DNA from: Treponemataceae bacterium
Lineage (GTDB): Bacteria > Spirochaetota > Spirochaetia > Treponematales > Rectinemataceae
DNA: 64,000 nt
Direction of reading: 5' to 3'
NCBI GenBank assembly: GCA_963678065.2
Contig: CAXXVZ010000003.1
Coordinates: forward strand, 1,888,001 to 1,952,000
The notes below the pieces were generated by a model that was not told where the DNA came from, made no database searches, and saw only the letters and a program-made list of their open reading frames with translations. This document shows positions 19,586-28,104 of this stretch, in pieces. Positions within the stretch are counted from its first letter, which is position 1. The number at the start of each line of letters is the position of its first letter. The translations under genes and the position numbers were made by a program.

Positions 19586-19649
19586 TGGACCTACCCCAAA
19601 CCAGTGGAGCATGAGTTAAGCCTCTCCGAGAATAAGGAGAGGAGAGGGT

Positions 19650-19902
19650 ATGGAAGACAAAAGAAGGAAGTACGCGGCAGAGTTCAAGAAAGAAGCACTT
19701 GAACACTTGGAACGGTCAGGCAGGAGTGCCCGGAACGTGGCCAAAGACTTGGGAATTGATCCTGGACTATTGTGCCGGTGGCGACGGGAGAGTCAGGAAA
19801 TACACAAACAAGCATTTACCGGACAAGGGAATGCACGTGATCAGGAAATGACCAGGCTGAAAAAGGAAAATGATGAACTTCGTGAGGCGAATGCAATACT
19901 AA
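19650..19902 (+). pseudogene. IS3 OrfA (5' part)
   Basis: RRKYAAEFKKEAL HTH...ENDELREANAILK; continues as KAVAIF after 21269. Confidence 0.9.
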
Positions 19903-19909
19903 AAGATGA

Positions 19910-20145
19910 TATGTTTCCCCTGGCGGTACAACGATCGTGGTAGGCTGGGTTCGACGGAACCCGGGAGCCGGCGGCAGGCAGTACGCGCTTTGTGGGGTAT
20001 GACCCCGGCTAAAAGATTATGCCCAGGCCGGTCGTCGAAAATCAGGGTGCAGGACGATGCTGCGGCAACGCCACTGCGAATAGAAGAATGTAGTACCACG
20101 TTGTATCGCTCAAAGACTTCCGGCTCCGATCTTTTTCCCGGGAGG
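19910..20145 (+). ncRNA. Candidate IS110 bridge/seek RNA
   Basis: About 250-nt structured non-coding left end with an internal loop carrying GCTTT and CTAAAA that match the insertion target. Confidence 0.6.
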
Positions 20146-20151
20146 CTGCGC

Positions 20152-21255
20152 ATGGGGAAGGAAACAGGGCGTTTTATTGGCATCGACCTTTCGAAGAGGA
20201 CCTACGAGGCGGTTGCCATCGATGGAAAGACCGAATCAATCCAGCGGTGGAATGGCAAGCTCGATATTCGAGGCCGCCGCAGCCTTGCGGAAAGGGTTCG
20301 ACCAGGCGACACCATCGCGATGGAAGCTGGTACCTCCTCATTCCAGATAGCGAAGGAACTCATGGAGCACCCCGACATACAGGTCCTTGTCCTGAACGCG
20401 GCTGACCTGGCGGTGATCCATAAGTCGCTCAAGAAGTCGGACCGTGAGGACGCGCTCAAGCTCGCGCGACTTGTGCAAAAGTTCAATGCTGACGAATTGC
20501 CGACAGTGCCAGTGCCCTCGGATGAAGAGATGGATCGTCGGGCACTTTCGTCCCATGAAGACCGCTTTCGCAGGGATAGAACTCGCCTTATAAACCGTCT
20601 TCATGCGGTGTTTCTCCGATGTGGCATTCCTGACCATACCAAGGCCCAGCTTAAGAAGGCAGCCACGAGGGAACGGCTCATCGAAACCGAACTTGCCGGC
20701 TTCAGCAAGACGGAGGCCATTAACCTCCATCACATGATCTCGGAATATGAGCAGATCCTCGCCGGGTTGGTCGAAGAGATCGGGGCTTCGGTGATGAAGG
20801 GCGGGGAGTCTGCGCACATCCTCATGTCGCTCCCTGGCTTTGGCATCAAGACGACGATGGCCATCCTGGCATACGCGGGAGACATGCGCCGCTTTAGCGG
20901 ACCAGCCCAGTTGGTCAACTATGTTGGGTTGTCGCCACGGCTTCACGAATCGGGAGAACTTGAACGCAAGGGCTCAATCACGAAGCGAGGCAATGCGCAT
21001 CTTCGGGGCCTGCTTGTCCAGAGCGCCTGGGGACTTATTCGCAGTAAATGCTCAAACCCGCTCAAGTCCCACTATGAGGCAATGATCTCCAGAGGGAAAG
21101 CGCCTTCTATCGCGGTCGTCGCGACCGCCCGGAAGCTGCTCGAGATGGTCTATATTTTGCTCACACGAGGGGAACGCTACCGGTACACGGATGACATGAT
21201 ATTTGCTCTCAAGCTCAAGAGGTCAGGATTGGCAATTCTCGGAGCCGGAGGTTGA
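20152..21255 (+). CDS. IS110-family DEDD recombinase
   Basis: IGIDLSK, IAMEAG, KSDREDA; C-terminal SLPGFG, YVGLSPRLHESG, ITKRGNAHLR; RBS GGGAGG before ATG 20152. Confidence 0.95.
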   Translation: MGKETGRFIGIDLSKRTYEAVAIDGKTESIQRWNGKLDIRGRRSLAERVRPGDTIAMEAGTSSFQIAKELMEHPDIQVLVLNAADLAVIHKSLKKSDREDALKLARLVQKFNADELPTVPVPSDEEMDRRALSSHEDRFRRDRTRLINRLHAVFLRCGIPDHTKAQLKKAATRERLIETELAGFSKTEAINLHHMISEYEQILAGLVEEIGASVMKGGESAHILMSLPGFGIKTTMAILAYAGDMRRFSGPAQLVNYVGLSPRLHESGELERKGSITKRGNAHLRGLLVQSAWGLIRSKCSNPLKSHYEAMISRGKAPSIAVVATARKLLEMVYILLTRGERYRYTDDMIFALKLKRSGLAILGAGG

Positions 21256-21269
21256 CAGGAAACATAGAA

Positions 21270-22176
21270 AAAAAGCCGTCGCCATCTTCTCGGTACCCCG
21301 AAGGGGGAATTAGCCCGAGTCTACCAGTTCATGGTCGACCACCGGAGGCAGTGGTCGATACGGAAGATGGCGACATATCTGGAAGTCTCCGTTTCGGGGT
21401 ACTATGCGTGGAAATCGAGAAAACCAAGCCGTCACGCACTGCTGGATGCCGAATTGGTCAAGAAGATCAAAGCCATCCAGAAACAGCATCACCGGCGATA
21501 CGGGAGTCCGCGCATCCACGAAGAATTGCGCGATACAGGCTATGGAGTGTCGCGTAAACGGGTGGCCAGACTCATGCGGGAGAATGATCTGGGAAGCCTG
21601 CCGAAGAAGAAATACGTTGTCACGACAGACTCGAATCATGGAGAACCGGTAGCGGAAAACCTGCTTGACCGACAGTTTGACGTACCGCTGCCGGGTCTCG
21701 TCTGGGTTTCTGACATCACGTATTGCCCGACAACCGAGGGCTGGCTGTATCTGTGTGTCGTTATCGACCTCTGCACCCGTCACGTCGTCGGCTGGTCGAC
21801 CCGCGATGACATGACCTCCCAGATTGTGGTGGATGCTTTTGTCATGGCCGTTATCCGATATGGGTATAAGCCAGGACTTCTCTTCCACTCTGATCGGGGC
21901 GTCCAGTATTGTTCCACCGCATTGAGGTCACTACTGGCGGAGAGGAAAGGAATTGTTCAAAGCATGAGCCGAAAGGGCAATTGCTGGGATAATGCCTGTG
22001 CGGAATCCTTTTTCAAAACGTTGAAACGGGAATTAGAGACTCTGAATGGTACATATTCCAGAGAAAGGGTCCGTCATGATCTTTTCGAGTACATCGAGGT
22101 CTACTACAATCGGATCAGGCGGCATTCGCACAATGCGATGAAACCGCCGGTATCACAGGCGACGAGAGTGGCTTAA
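21270..22176 (+). pseudogene. IS3 OrfB (rve integrase), separated from OrfA
   Basis: YGSPRI, WVSDITY, HSDRGVQY, SRKGNCWDNACAESFF. Confidence 0.9.
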
Positions 22177-22206
22177 CTACCTGTCCATTCGGTCGGGGCA
22201 AGTCCA

Positions 22207-22703
22207 GTGCTGGGGAGGAATACACCAGCATTTTTTCAAGTGAGGTTTAAATTCGTTTTTTTTAGTGTCCTGTTGATCGTCATTGGAGAAATGGCATTGA
22301 TAATTCCAAGTTCAACACATTTGTCTGCCAGAAGACGGACCGTCCATCGCGTATACCCTTCGGGAGGATTGCTGCAACACAAGGCGATGATGTGCGCTTC
22401 AACGTCACCAGTGACTTTGGGCGCAATAGGCGGCGTTGTCCGTTTCTTTCTCTGAAGAAAAAAATCAAGCGATGGGCTATGCAGGAAAGCGTCCTTGATC
22501 ACTTGTATTGTTTGTCTGCTCACCTGGTACATATTCGCGATTTGCCCATCATGCAGAGGTGTCCGATTATTCGAAGTATCCAAGGCAAGAACGATCTGTG
22601 CCCGCCTGGTCAGGCGGACACTTTTGGAACCACTTGATAAATACAATAGGAATCTGTTCCGCTGTTCCGAGGATAAAACGATCTTTTTCTTGGTCTTTGC
22701 CAT
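22207..22703 (-). pseudogene. IS630 transposase HTH part with A8 -1 frameshift site
   Basis: PPEGYTRWTVRLLAD...TLKK; the -1 frame continues NEFKPHLKKCWCIPPQH. Confidence 0.85.
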
Positions 22704-22914
22704 ACCGCTACCCTCCTAATGGTACACCATTTAGAGGATAGCTCAAATATCATTTATTATAAACTATTAGATGTTACAGTGTACTAGTAGGTGCGACAGT
22801 GAGATCGGGGATACTCGAAACTTGATTTTCATTCTGTCCTTGTACGTTATTTAGTATGATAGACCCCATAAAAAAGGACAGCATCAACGCTCTCTTCCAC
22901 ATCCTCTTCTCCCC

Positions 22915-23409
22915 TCATTCATTTGACTGTATCGTTACTGAAAACGTACCAGTATATTGCCCAGCAGCTTGACCCGAATTAACATTCAAAGTAGCTCCAA
23001 CAGTAAATACACAGTGTCCATCTCCGCCGCATTGGCCAGAGTTGTTGACGCATGAAGAAGAAAAACCCGACACACTCATAGTCGCCCCGCCTGGGCCAGT
23101 CAACGTTACAACATCATCGGCAGGCAGAATAACACTGAAGGTTTGATTGCTTGTCCCTGTTGCCGTGAAAGACGCAGCGTAGCGTGCACTGCCTCCGCTC
23201 CTACTTACTGGATACAAGTTGTTAGCTGTATTTGAACCGTCCGGAGCAATGGTAAGAGAACCAGAAGTCAATTGGATCGCCATTGCCCCAAAATTTAGAC
23301 CACAGGTATTTGTCAATGATAAAGCTTCTGCAGAAAGATTCAGGACAAGGCTCGTAAGGAAAACTATGCAAACAGTAAATATTTTCATCTTCCTTTCCAT
23401 ACTTATCAT
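22915..23409 (-). CDS. DUF4402-like fimbrial subunit
   Basis: Signal peptide, LNFG, FTVGATLNVNSGQAAGQYTGTFSVTI. Confidence 0.8.
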   Translation of the reverse strand: MISMERKMKIFTVCIVFLTSLVLNLSAEALSLTNTCGLNFGAMAIQLTSGSLTIAPDGSNTANNLYPVSRSGGSARYAASFTATGTSNQTFSVILPADDVVTLTGPGGATMSVSGFSSSCVNNSGQCGGDGHCVFTVGATLNVNSGQAAGQYTGTFSVTIQSNE

Positions 23410-23480
23410 ATGACTGACAATGCGTGGTCGGAGAAAAATGAATACCTCATATCTCCCCGACCGCGCCAGAAATGATAAAA

Positions 23481-24062
23481 TCAGTACTCGGTTGTGTTTA
23501 CAATAATGGAATAGGTTCCTGTATAAGTTCCAGTATTTTGGCTTCCATTTACATGAAGTGTCGCACCAATAACGAATGACACCGTCTGGATACCAGTAGA
23601 ATCAGCAACTTGATATCCAGAACTGGAAACTGAAGTAAGAGTACCAGAATCAAGAGAAGCATATGCTAAAAACGTATCAGCATACATAGAATTAGCACCG
23701 CTCGTTACAGGTACACGATCGCTTAAATAGACAAAATATGTCTTCAAGCCAGAGTTCGCAGGAACAGTCATGGTAAATTTGCCAGACGAAAGAGCATTGG
23801 CAGTTGTTACCTTGGTGCCACTTGCAACAGCCACTCCCCCCGTAGTCGCCACACTCACATTTCCAGACACATTATATGGTGCTAGAGTAATTGTCCCAGC
23901 AGTTGCACTTGGAATAATAAGCCCAAAATTCATCTGCGTTGCTTCGGTGAGGGTTTCACTCGTAATAACGCTTGCATTAATAGTGCCATTCCCCGCAAAC
24001 ACATTCCCCGCAGTGACGAGCAGCCCAACGGCGATCAGAAAGACGACGAAAGCTTTCTTCAT
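23481..24062 (-). CDS. DUF4402-like fimbrial subunit (probable major pilin)
   Basis: Signal peptide, MNFG, FVIGATLHVNGSQNTGTYTGTYSIIV. Confidence 0.8.
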   Translation of the reverse strand: MKKAFVVFLIAVGLLVTAGNVFAGNGTINASVITSETLTEATQMNFGLIIPSATAGTITLAPYNVSGNVSVATTGGVAVASGTKVTTANALSSGKFTMTVPANSGLKTYFVYLSDRVPVTSGANSMYADTFLAYASLDSGTLTSVSSSGYQVADSTGIQTVSFVIGATLHVNGSQNTGTYTGTYSIIVNTTEY

Positions 24063-24304
24063 ACGACGCTCCCTAAACCTCAATGACTGGACCTGCACAG
24101 GCAGGTCTCGATTTGGAGAAAATCTTCTCCGGAATCGCTAGAGCTACTATTCTTTCATTTGCAGCGCGGTTCTATTATGGATTGCACTAGTGTGAGGCAA
24201 AAAAAACATGAACCCTGCGTAGTGAAAAAGTTGAGGTTCATAAGCTAAAAAGAATGGACAAGCGGCATGGAGCCCCCCACTAAGGGGAATATAAGGCGCT
24301 CGGC

Positions 24305-24955
24305 CTACAACATCTCCAGCGAACTTATCCCGTGGGCAATGGCGTACTTCGTGAGTTCGGCTATACTCTTGAGGCCGAGCTTGTCGGATATATGCTTGCG
24401 GTGAGCATCCACGGTATTGACAGTCACGCGGAGCACAGCTGCTATCTCCTTGTTGCTCTTGCCCTCGGCTAAGAGCTGGAGTACCTCCCGCTCGCGGTCA
24501 GAGAGGATATCCCTGCTCGCTGACGACAATTTGTTTAGATTATCGAGGTAATCATCCAGCAGCATTTCCTGCAAAGGCTGACTGATATAGCGGTGCCCGC
24601 GGGAGACAGAGGTTATCGCTTCCATGAGTTCGTCGAACCCAGCCCCTTTGAGCACATAGCCAGACGCTCCAGCCATGAACATGCTCTGGGCAAACTGACG
24701 GTCGGCGTACATCGAGAGGGCGAGCACCTTCACCTCCGGCGCTCCCATCCGTATCTGCCGCGTCGCCTCGATGCCGTTGAGAGAAGGCATGCCAATATCC
24801 ATGATGACGATATCGGGCCGAAGTTCGAGCGCGAGGTGGACGGCGACGACACCATCCCCTGCCTCTCCGATTATTGTGCAGCCTCGTTGACCTTCGAGAA
24901 GCTTGCAAAGGCCATCCCTCATCAACTTATGGTCATCCACGACGAGGATCCGCAT
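24305..24955 (-). CDS. NarL/LuxR-family response regulator
   Basis: ILVVDDH...MDIGMP...LSDREREVLQLLAEGKSNKEIA. Confidence 0.95.
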   Translation of the reverse strand: MRILVVDDHKLMRDGLCKLLEGQRGCTIIGEAGDGVVAVHLALELRPDIVIMDIGMPSLNGIEATRQIRMGAPEVKVLALSMYADRQFAQSMFMAGASGYVLKGAGFDELMEAITSVSRGHRYISQPLQEMLLDDYLDNLNKLSSASRDILSDREREVLQLLAEGKSNKEIAAVLRVTVNTVDAHRKHISDKLGLKSIAELTKYAIAHGISSLEML

Positions 24956-24989
24956 CAATCGTCTTCCTTTCCCCAGATCGGAAGTATAC

Positions 24990-26249
24990 TCAATTGATAG
25001 GCGCCACAAGGTCGATGCAGGTGCCATCGCCTATCCGGGAGACGATAGTCACCGATCCTCCTATGCCGCGCATGCGCTCTCTTACGCTGAAGAGCCCGAA
25101 ACCTCCCTCAGTTCCGTTGTTTTCGAGGCAGGAAACATCGAAACCGACACCATCGTCACTGAGGCGGATCGCTATCCGCTGGCCATCGCCGCGGAGGGAG
25201 AGCGTCATGCAACTCGCATTCGCGTGATGAAGGCAATTCCGCATCAACTCCTGGATGCAGCGGAAGACGAGTATCCCCCTGTCGTCGGGCAGTGGGGGAA
25301 TCTCCTCGGCGAGGAAAATGAATTCAATGTGATTCTCGCGGCAGATATTCTCCCCCTCGCAGCGGAGGGCGCTCGACAGGCCGAGCTTATAGAGCGCCGG
25401 TGGGCTCAGGTCGAAGATCATGGTGCGTATCTGGGCCATGGTCCGGTCGAGCAGTTCAGCGATTTGGCGGAATTCATCGCCGATCGCCGCGGAGGAATGC
25501 GCACGGGACGCAACATCGAGTGTCATCTTGAGCATGGCGAGATTCTGGCCTATTTCGTCGTGAAGATAGGAAGCAAAGCGTCTCCTCTCCCTCTCTTCGG
25601 TCTTCGTTATTTCCAGGGCGAGCATGCGGAGCCTATCCTCATTCCGGCTCTTCTCCCTGAGATCGTGCACGAGCAGGCAGATGAGGACCTGCGATCGGCG
25701 ATGCATCAGGCCGGAAAAAATCTCAAAGTCGAGGACCTCGCCGTCGGAGCCGTAATGTTTTAAGAAAAAGTGTTGTTGTTGGAGCGATGCGACCTTCTGT
25801 AGACCATCTCGTACTGAAGCCTCATCCAGGGGGTCAATATCGGATATCTTTCTACCCACGAGCTCACCGGAGGCCCTTCCGCAAAATTTCGCCGCCGCGC
25901 CGCTCACTCTCTCGATCTCCATCGTCTGTAAATCGACGACAAAGATCATATCTTTCGTCTCCTCCAAGATAGCGACGAAGCTTTCCTCATCGCACTGGAT
26001 GAAGGTCTGGCAGGAAGCGAGACTGCGCACGGCGTTGTTGGAGCTTTTCCCTCCTTCGCGCGAATCCGAGATAATGACATCGGGACCGATTTCATCCAGC
26101 GCGGCAGCGAACACCGACTGGGAATCAACTCGCCTACATTCGAACTCGAGGCCGGCAGCGCTCATGATCAACTTTGCTCTCTCTACCATTCCTACCATTC
26201 CTTGGTTTGCATCGACGAAAAGTACCTTGACTGTACCGAAGTAGGCCAT
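24990..26249 (-). CDS. PAS + HisKA_3 sensor histidine kinase
   Basis: EERERRRFASYLHDEIGQ, DDGVGFD, GFGLFSVRER. Confidence 0.9.
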   Translation of the reverse strand: MAYFGTVKVLFVDANQGMVGMVERAKLIMSAAGLEFECRRVDSQSVFAAALDEIGPDVIISDSREGGKSSNNAVRSLASCQTFIQCDEESFVAILEETKDMIFVVDLQTMEIERVSGAAAKFCGRASGELVGRKISDIDPLDEASVRDGLQKVASLQQQHFFLKHYGSDGEVLDFEIFSGLMHRRSQVLICLLVHDLREKSRNEDRLRMLALEITKTEERERRRFASYLHDEIGQNLAMLKMTLDVASRAHSSAAIGDEFRQIAELLDRTMAQIRTMIFDLSPPALYKLGLSSALRCEGENICRENHIEFIFLAEEIPPLPDDRGILVFRCIQELMRNCLHHANASCMTLSLRGDGQRIAIRLSDDGVGFDVSCLENNGTEGGFGLFSVRERMRGIGGSVTIVSRIGDGTCIDLVAPIN

Positions 26250-26402
26250 ACGTACATCTGTCTTTTTGTGTAAGGTTTTATGATCTAGCTACCTTTTGAT
26301 TAGTAAAAAAATCAAGTTTATCAAGTATCTATGCCAATATCAACGTAAACCTATAATTCAAGTCTATCAGCTCCTAAACATTATATTTTTAAACATTTTC
26401 AT

Positions 26403-27797
26403 GAGGCTCTTTCAAAAGTCATGAGATGAACGAATTTTAATGAAAAGCGGGGACAGAACCTGTATGATGATGTTGCAACACAAACGTCACCAGGAGGAGC
26501 CCCCGCTGATGAAAACCATACCAGAAATACTGGGCGGAGCGCAAATACTTTTGCCGATTTCCTACGATATCCAGCGATGTTTCGAAGAATATCTCACCGA
26601 CGAGCATCGCTTTTTTATCGCCCTGCTCAGAGTCATTGAAGATGCTCAGCCACGGATTACATCACCATGTGCACGGACTGGCCGTCCTCCACATCGGAAC
26701 GAACCGATCATGCGGGCGTTTTTCGCCCGAACGGTATTCCACATAGCGACAGTCACGGACCTTAGGAACAGGCTGATCAACGATCCGAATCTGCGGAGGA
26801 TATGCGGCTTCACCTCCGTTCCAAGCTCTGCGACCTTTTCGCGTCGCTACGCGGAGTTTTCAAAAAAGACTCCGCTGATTCAGACTTTGAATACCATGGT
26901 GAAGGATTGTCATGACGGCCATATCGTCGGACACATAAATCGGGATGCGACGGAGATACGAGCACGAGAAAAACCTGTACCTGCCAAACGTGAAGCTGTT
27001 TCTTCCGTGACACCGCAACGGAAACGAGGTCGTCCCCGAAAAGGAGAAGTTCGGCCTGTGAAGGAGCCGACACAGATAGAAAAGCAAGTCGGCCAAAGCG
27101 TCAGGAAATCCTTGTCAGAACTATCCAAAGACTGTGCATGGGGATGCAAGAAGAACAGCCAGGGGAATAGGGAAACATGGAAAGGATACAAGTTGCACCT
27201 TGATGTCAGCGACACAGGATTCCCTATTTCAGCAGTCGTAACCGGCGCCAATGTTCATGATTCGCAAGTAGCGATTCCTCTGGAAAAGATAACAGAGAAA
27301 AAGGTCCGACATCTGTATTCAGTCATGGACGCTGCATACGATGCGGATCCCATCGCGACCTATATCCAGGGACGTGGGCGTGTTCCGCTGATTGATCGGA
27401 ATACGCGTCGTGGGACGGAACGGGAACCATTTTCGCCGTCACAGAAGGAGCGGTACACAATCAGGACAACGGTTGAACGTGCAAACTCGCATTTGAAGGA
27501 TTGGCTCATACCGGGTCAGATATTTGTACGGGGATTTGAGAAAGTATCATTCCTGCTCATGTGCGGGGTAGTGGTTCTGGCGGCCGTCAAGGCTTTGCAG
27601 TACTTCATCCTTCCCGAACTGCAGAAATCGTAACCGGGCAATCCGGCAGAACCGGATTTTGTAGGGGTAGTCCATCTTTTGCACTGAAAAGAGAGCCCTT
27701 TTTACTGCACATGTAATTTTTACTGTGCAAAAACGAAGCTTCAGTTACAATAACTCGCTTTTTTACAAAGCGGATTACGAAGTTTTGAAAAAGCCTC
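26403..27797 (+). mobile_element. IS element (IS5/IS1182-like DDE)
   Basis: IRs GAGGCT(C/T)TTTCAAAA; 4-bp target duplication TCAT (26399-26402, 27798-27801). Confidence 0.85.
26509..27633 (+). CDS. DDE transposase (DUF772 + DDE_Tnp_1-like)
   Basis: PSSATFSR, DAT, GYKLHL, DAAYD, RTTVERANSHLK; RBS AGGAGG. Confidence 0.9.
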   Translation: MKTIPEILGGAQILLPISYDIQRCFEEYLTDEHRFFIALLRVIEDAQPRITSPCARTGRPPHRNEPIMRAFFARTVFHIATVTDLRNRLINDPNLRRICGFTSVPSSATFSRRYAEFSKKTPLIQTLNTMVKDCHDGHIVGHINRDATEIRAREKPVPAKREAVSSVTPQRKRGRPRKGEVRPVKEPTQIEKQVGQSVRKSLSELSKDCAWGCKKNSQGNRETWKGYKLHLDVSDTGFPISAVVTGANVHDSQVAIPLEKITEKKVRHLYSVMDAAYDADPIATYIQGRGRVPLIDRNTRRGTEREPFSPSQKERYTIRTTVERANSHLKDWLIPGQIFVRGFEKVSFLLMCGVVVLAAVKALQYFILPELQKS

Positions 27798-27969
27798 TCA
27801 TGATAGAAACAATTAAGGATTCTTATAAACAGGTGCGTCGAAAACATGAATGCCTGTAAAGTATGGGCTGAAGCCTTTCTTGGATCTGCTTGTCGAAATA
27901 CTCTGTCTTCGGGCTCTGGCGGTCGCGGTATTCGCGAATCGCCTCCATGTTGAAAACCAGAATTCGGAC

Positions 27970-27998
27970 TTGACAGCCACTGCAAACCGGCTTACCCT
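27970..27998 (+). promoter_or_regulatory. Sigma70-type promoter of the ATPase leader
   Basis: TTGACA-17 bp-TACCCT. Confidence 0.55.
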
Positions 27999-28008
27999 TA
28001 AAAATTAA

Positions 28009-28066
28009 GAAGACCAGGTGGCGACACCGGGCCCTTTGGTGGGCAGCTCGTGATTAGCGGGACTTC
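28009..28066 (+). promoter_or_regulatory. NiCo (czcD)-like metal riboswitch
   Basis: Four-way junction pattern CAGGT..ACCGGGC..GCAGC..GCGGGAC with P1 GAAG/CTTC; followed by a weak hairpin and T run. Confidence 0.65.
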
Positions 28067-28104
28067 CAAAAGAGCAAGACTGCTTTTTTGCCAGAGGTCC
28101 CCAC

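Larger units (their letters stand above)
19903..21269 (+). mobile_element. IS110-family element with subterminal inverted repeats
   Basis: TATGTTTCC (19910-19918) and GGAAACATA (21258-21266); removing the element restores CTAAAAAAAGCC of IS3; no net target duplication. Confidence 0.85.
19586..22206 (+). mobile_element. IS3-family element (interrupted by IS110)
   Basis: TG...CA ends with IRs TGGACCTACCCCAAACCAGTGGA and TGGACTTGCCCCGACCGAATGGA; imperfect 3-bp duplication GGG/GTG. Confidence 0.9.
18913..22783 (-). mobile_element. IS630-family element (interrupted by IS3)
   Basis: Terminal IRs TA(GT/CA)CTGTAACATCTAA; CTAG present at both flanks (18909-18912, 22784-22787). Confidence 0.9.
18161..22902 (-). 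pseudogene. PapD-like fimbrial chaperone interrupted by nested IS (5' part 22784-22902, 3' part 18161-18908)
   Basis: Removing the IS rejoins MWKRALMLSFFMG...PDLTVAPT-RLVIEG in frame; TPKRIAL...QQIVRL and DGEYRSNL motifs. Confidence 0.9.

Noticed and set aside
19906..20151. 82-aa N-terminal extension of the IS110 recombinase
   Set aside because: The RBS and DEDD domain start at 20152; the upstream region is structured and better explained as non-coding RNA.
24063..24304. c-di-GMP riboswitch or invertible switch upstream of the pilins
   Set aside because: Two small hairpins and a 7-bp inverted repeat (ATGAACC/GGTTCAT) are present, but there is no riboswitch consensus and no adjacent invertase.
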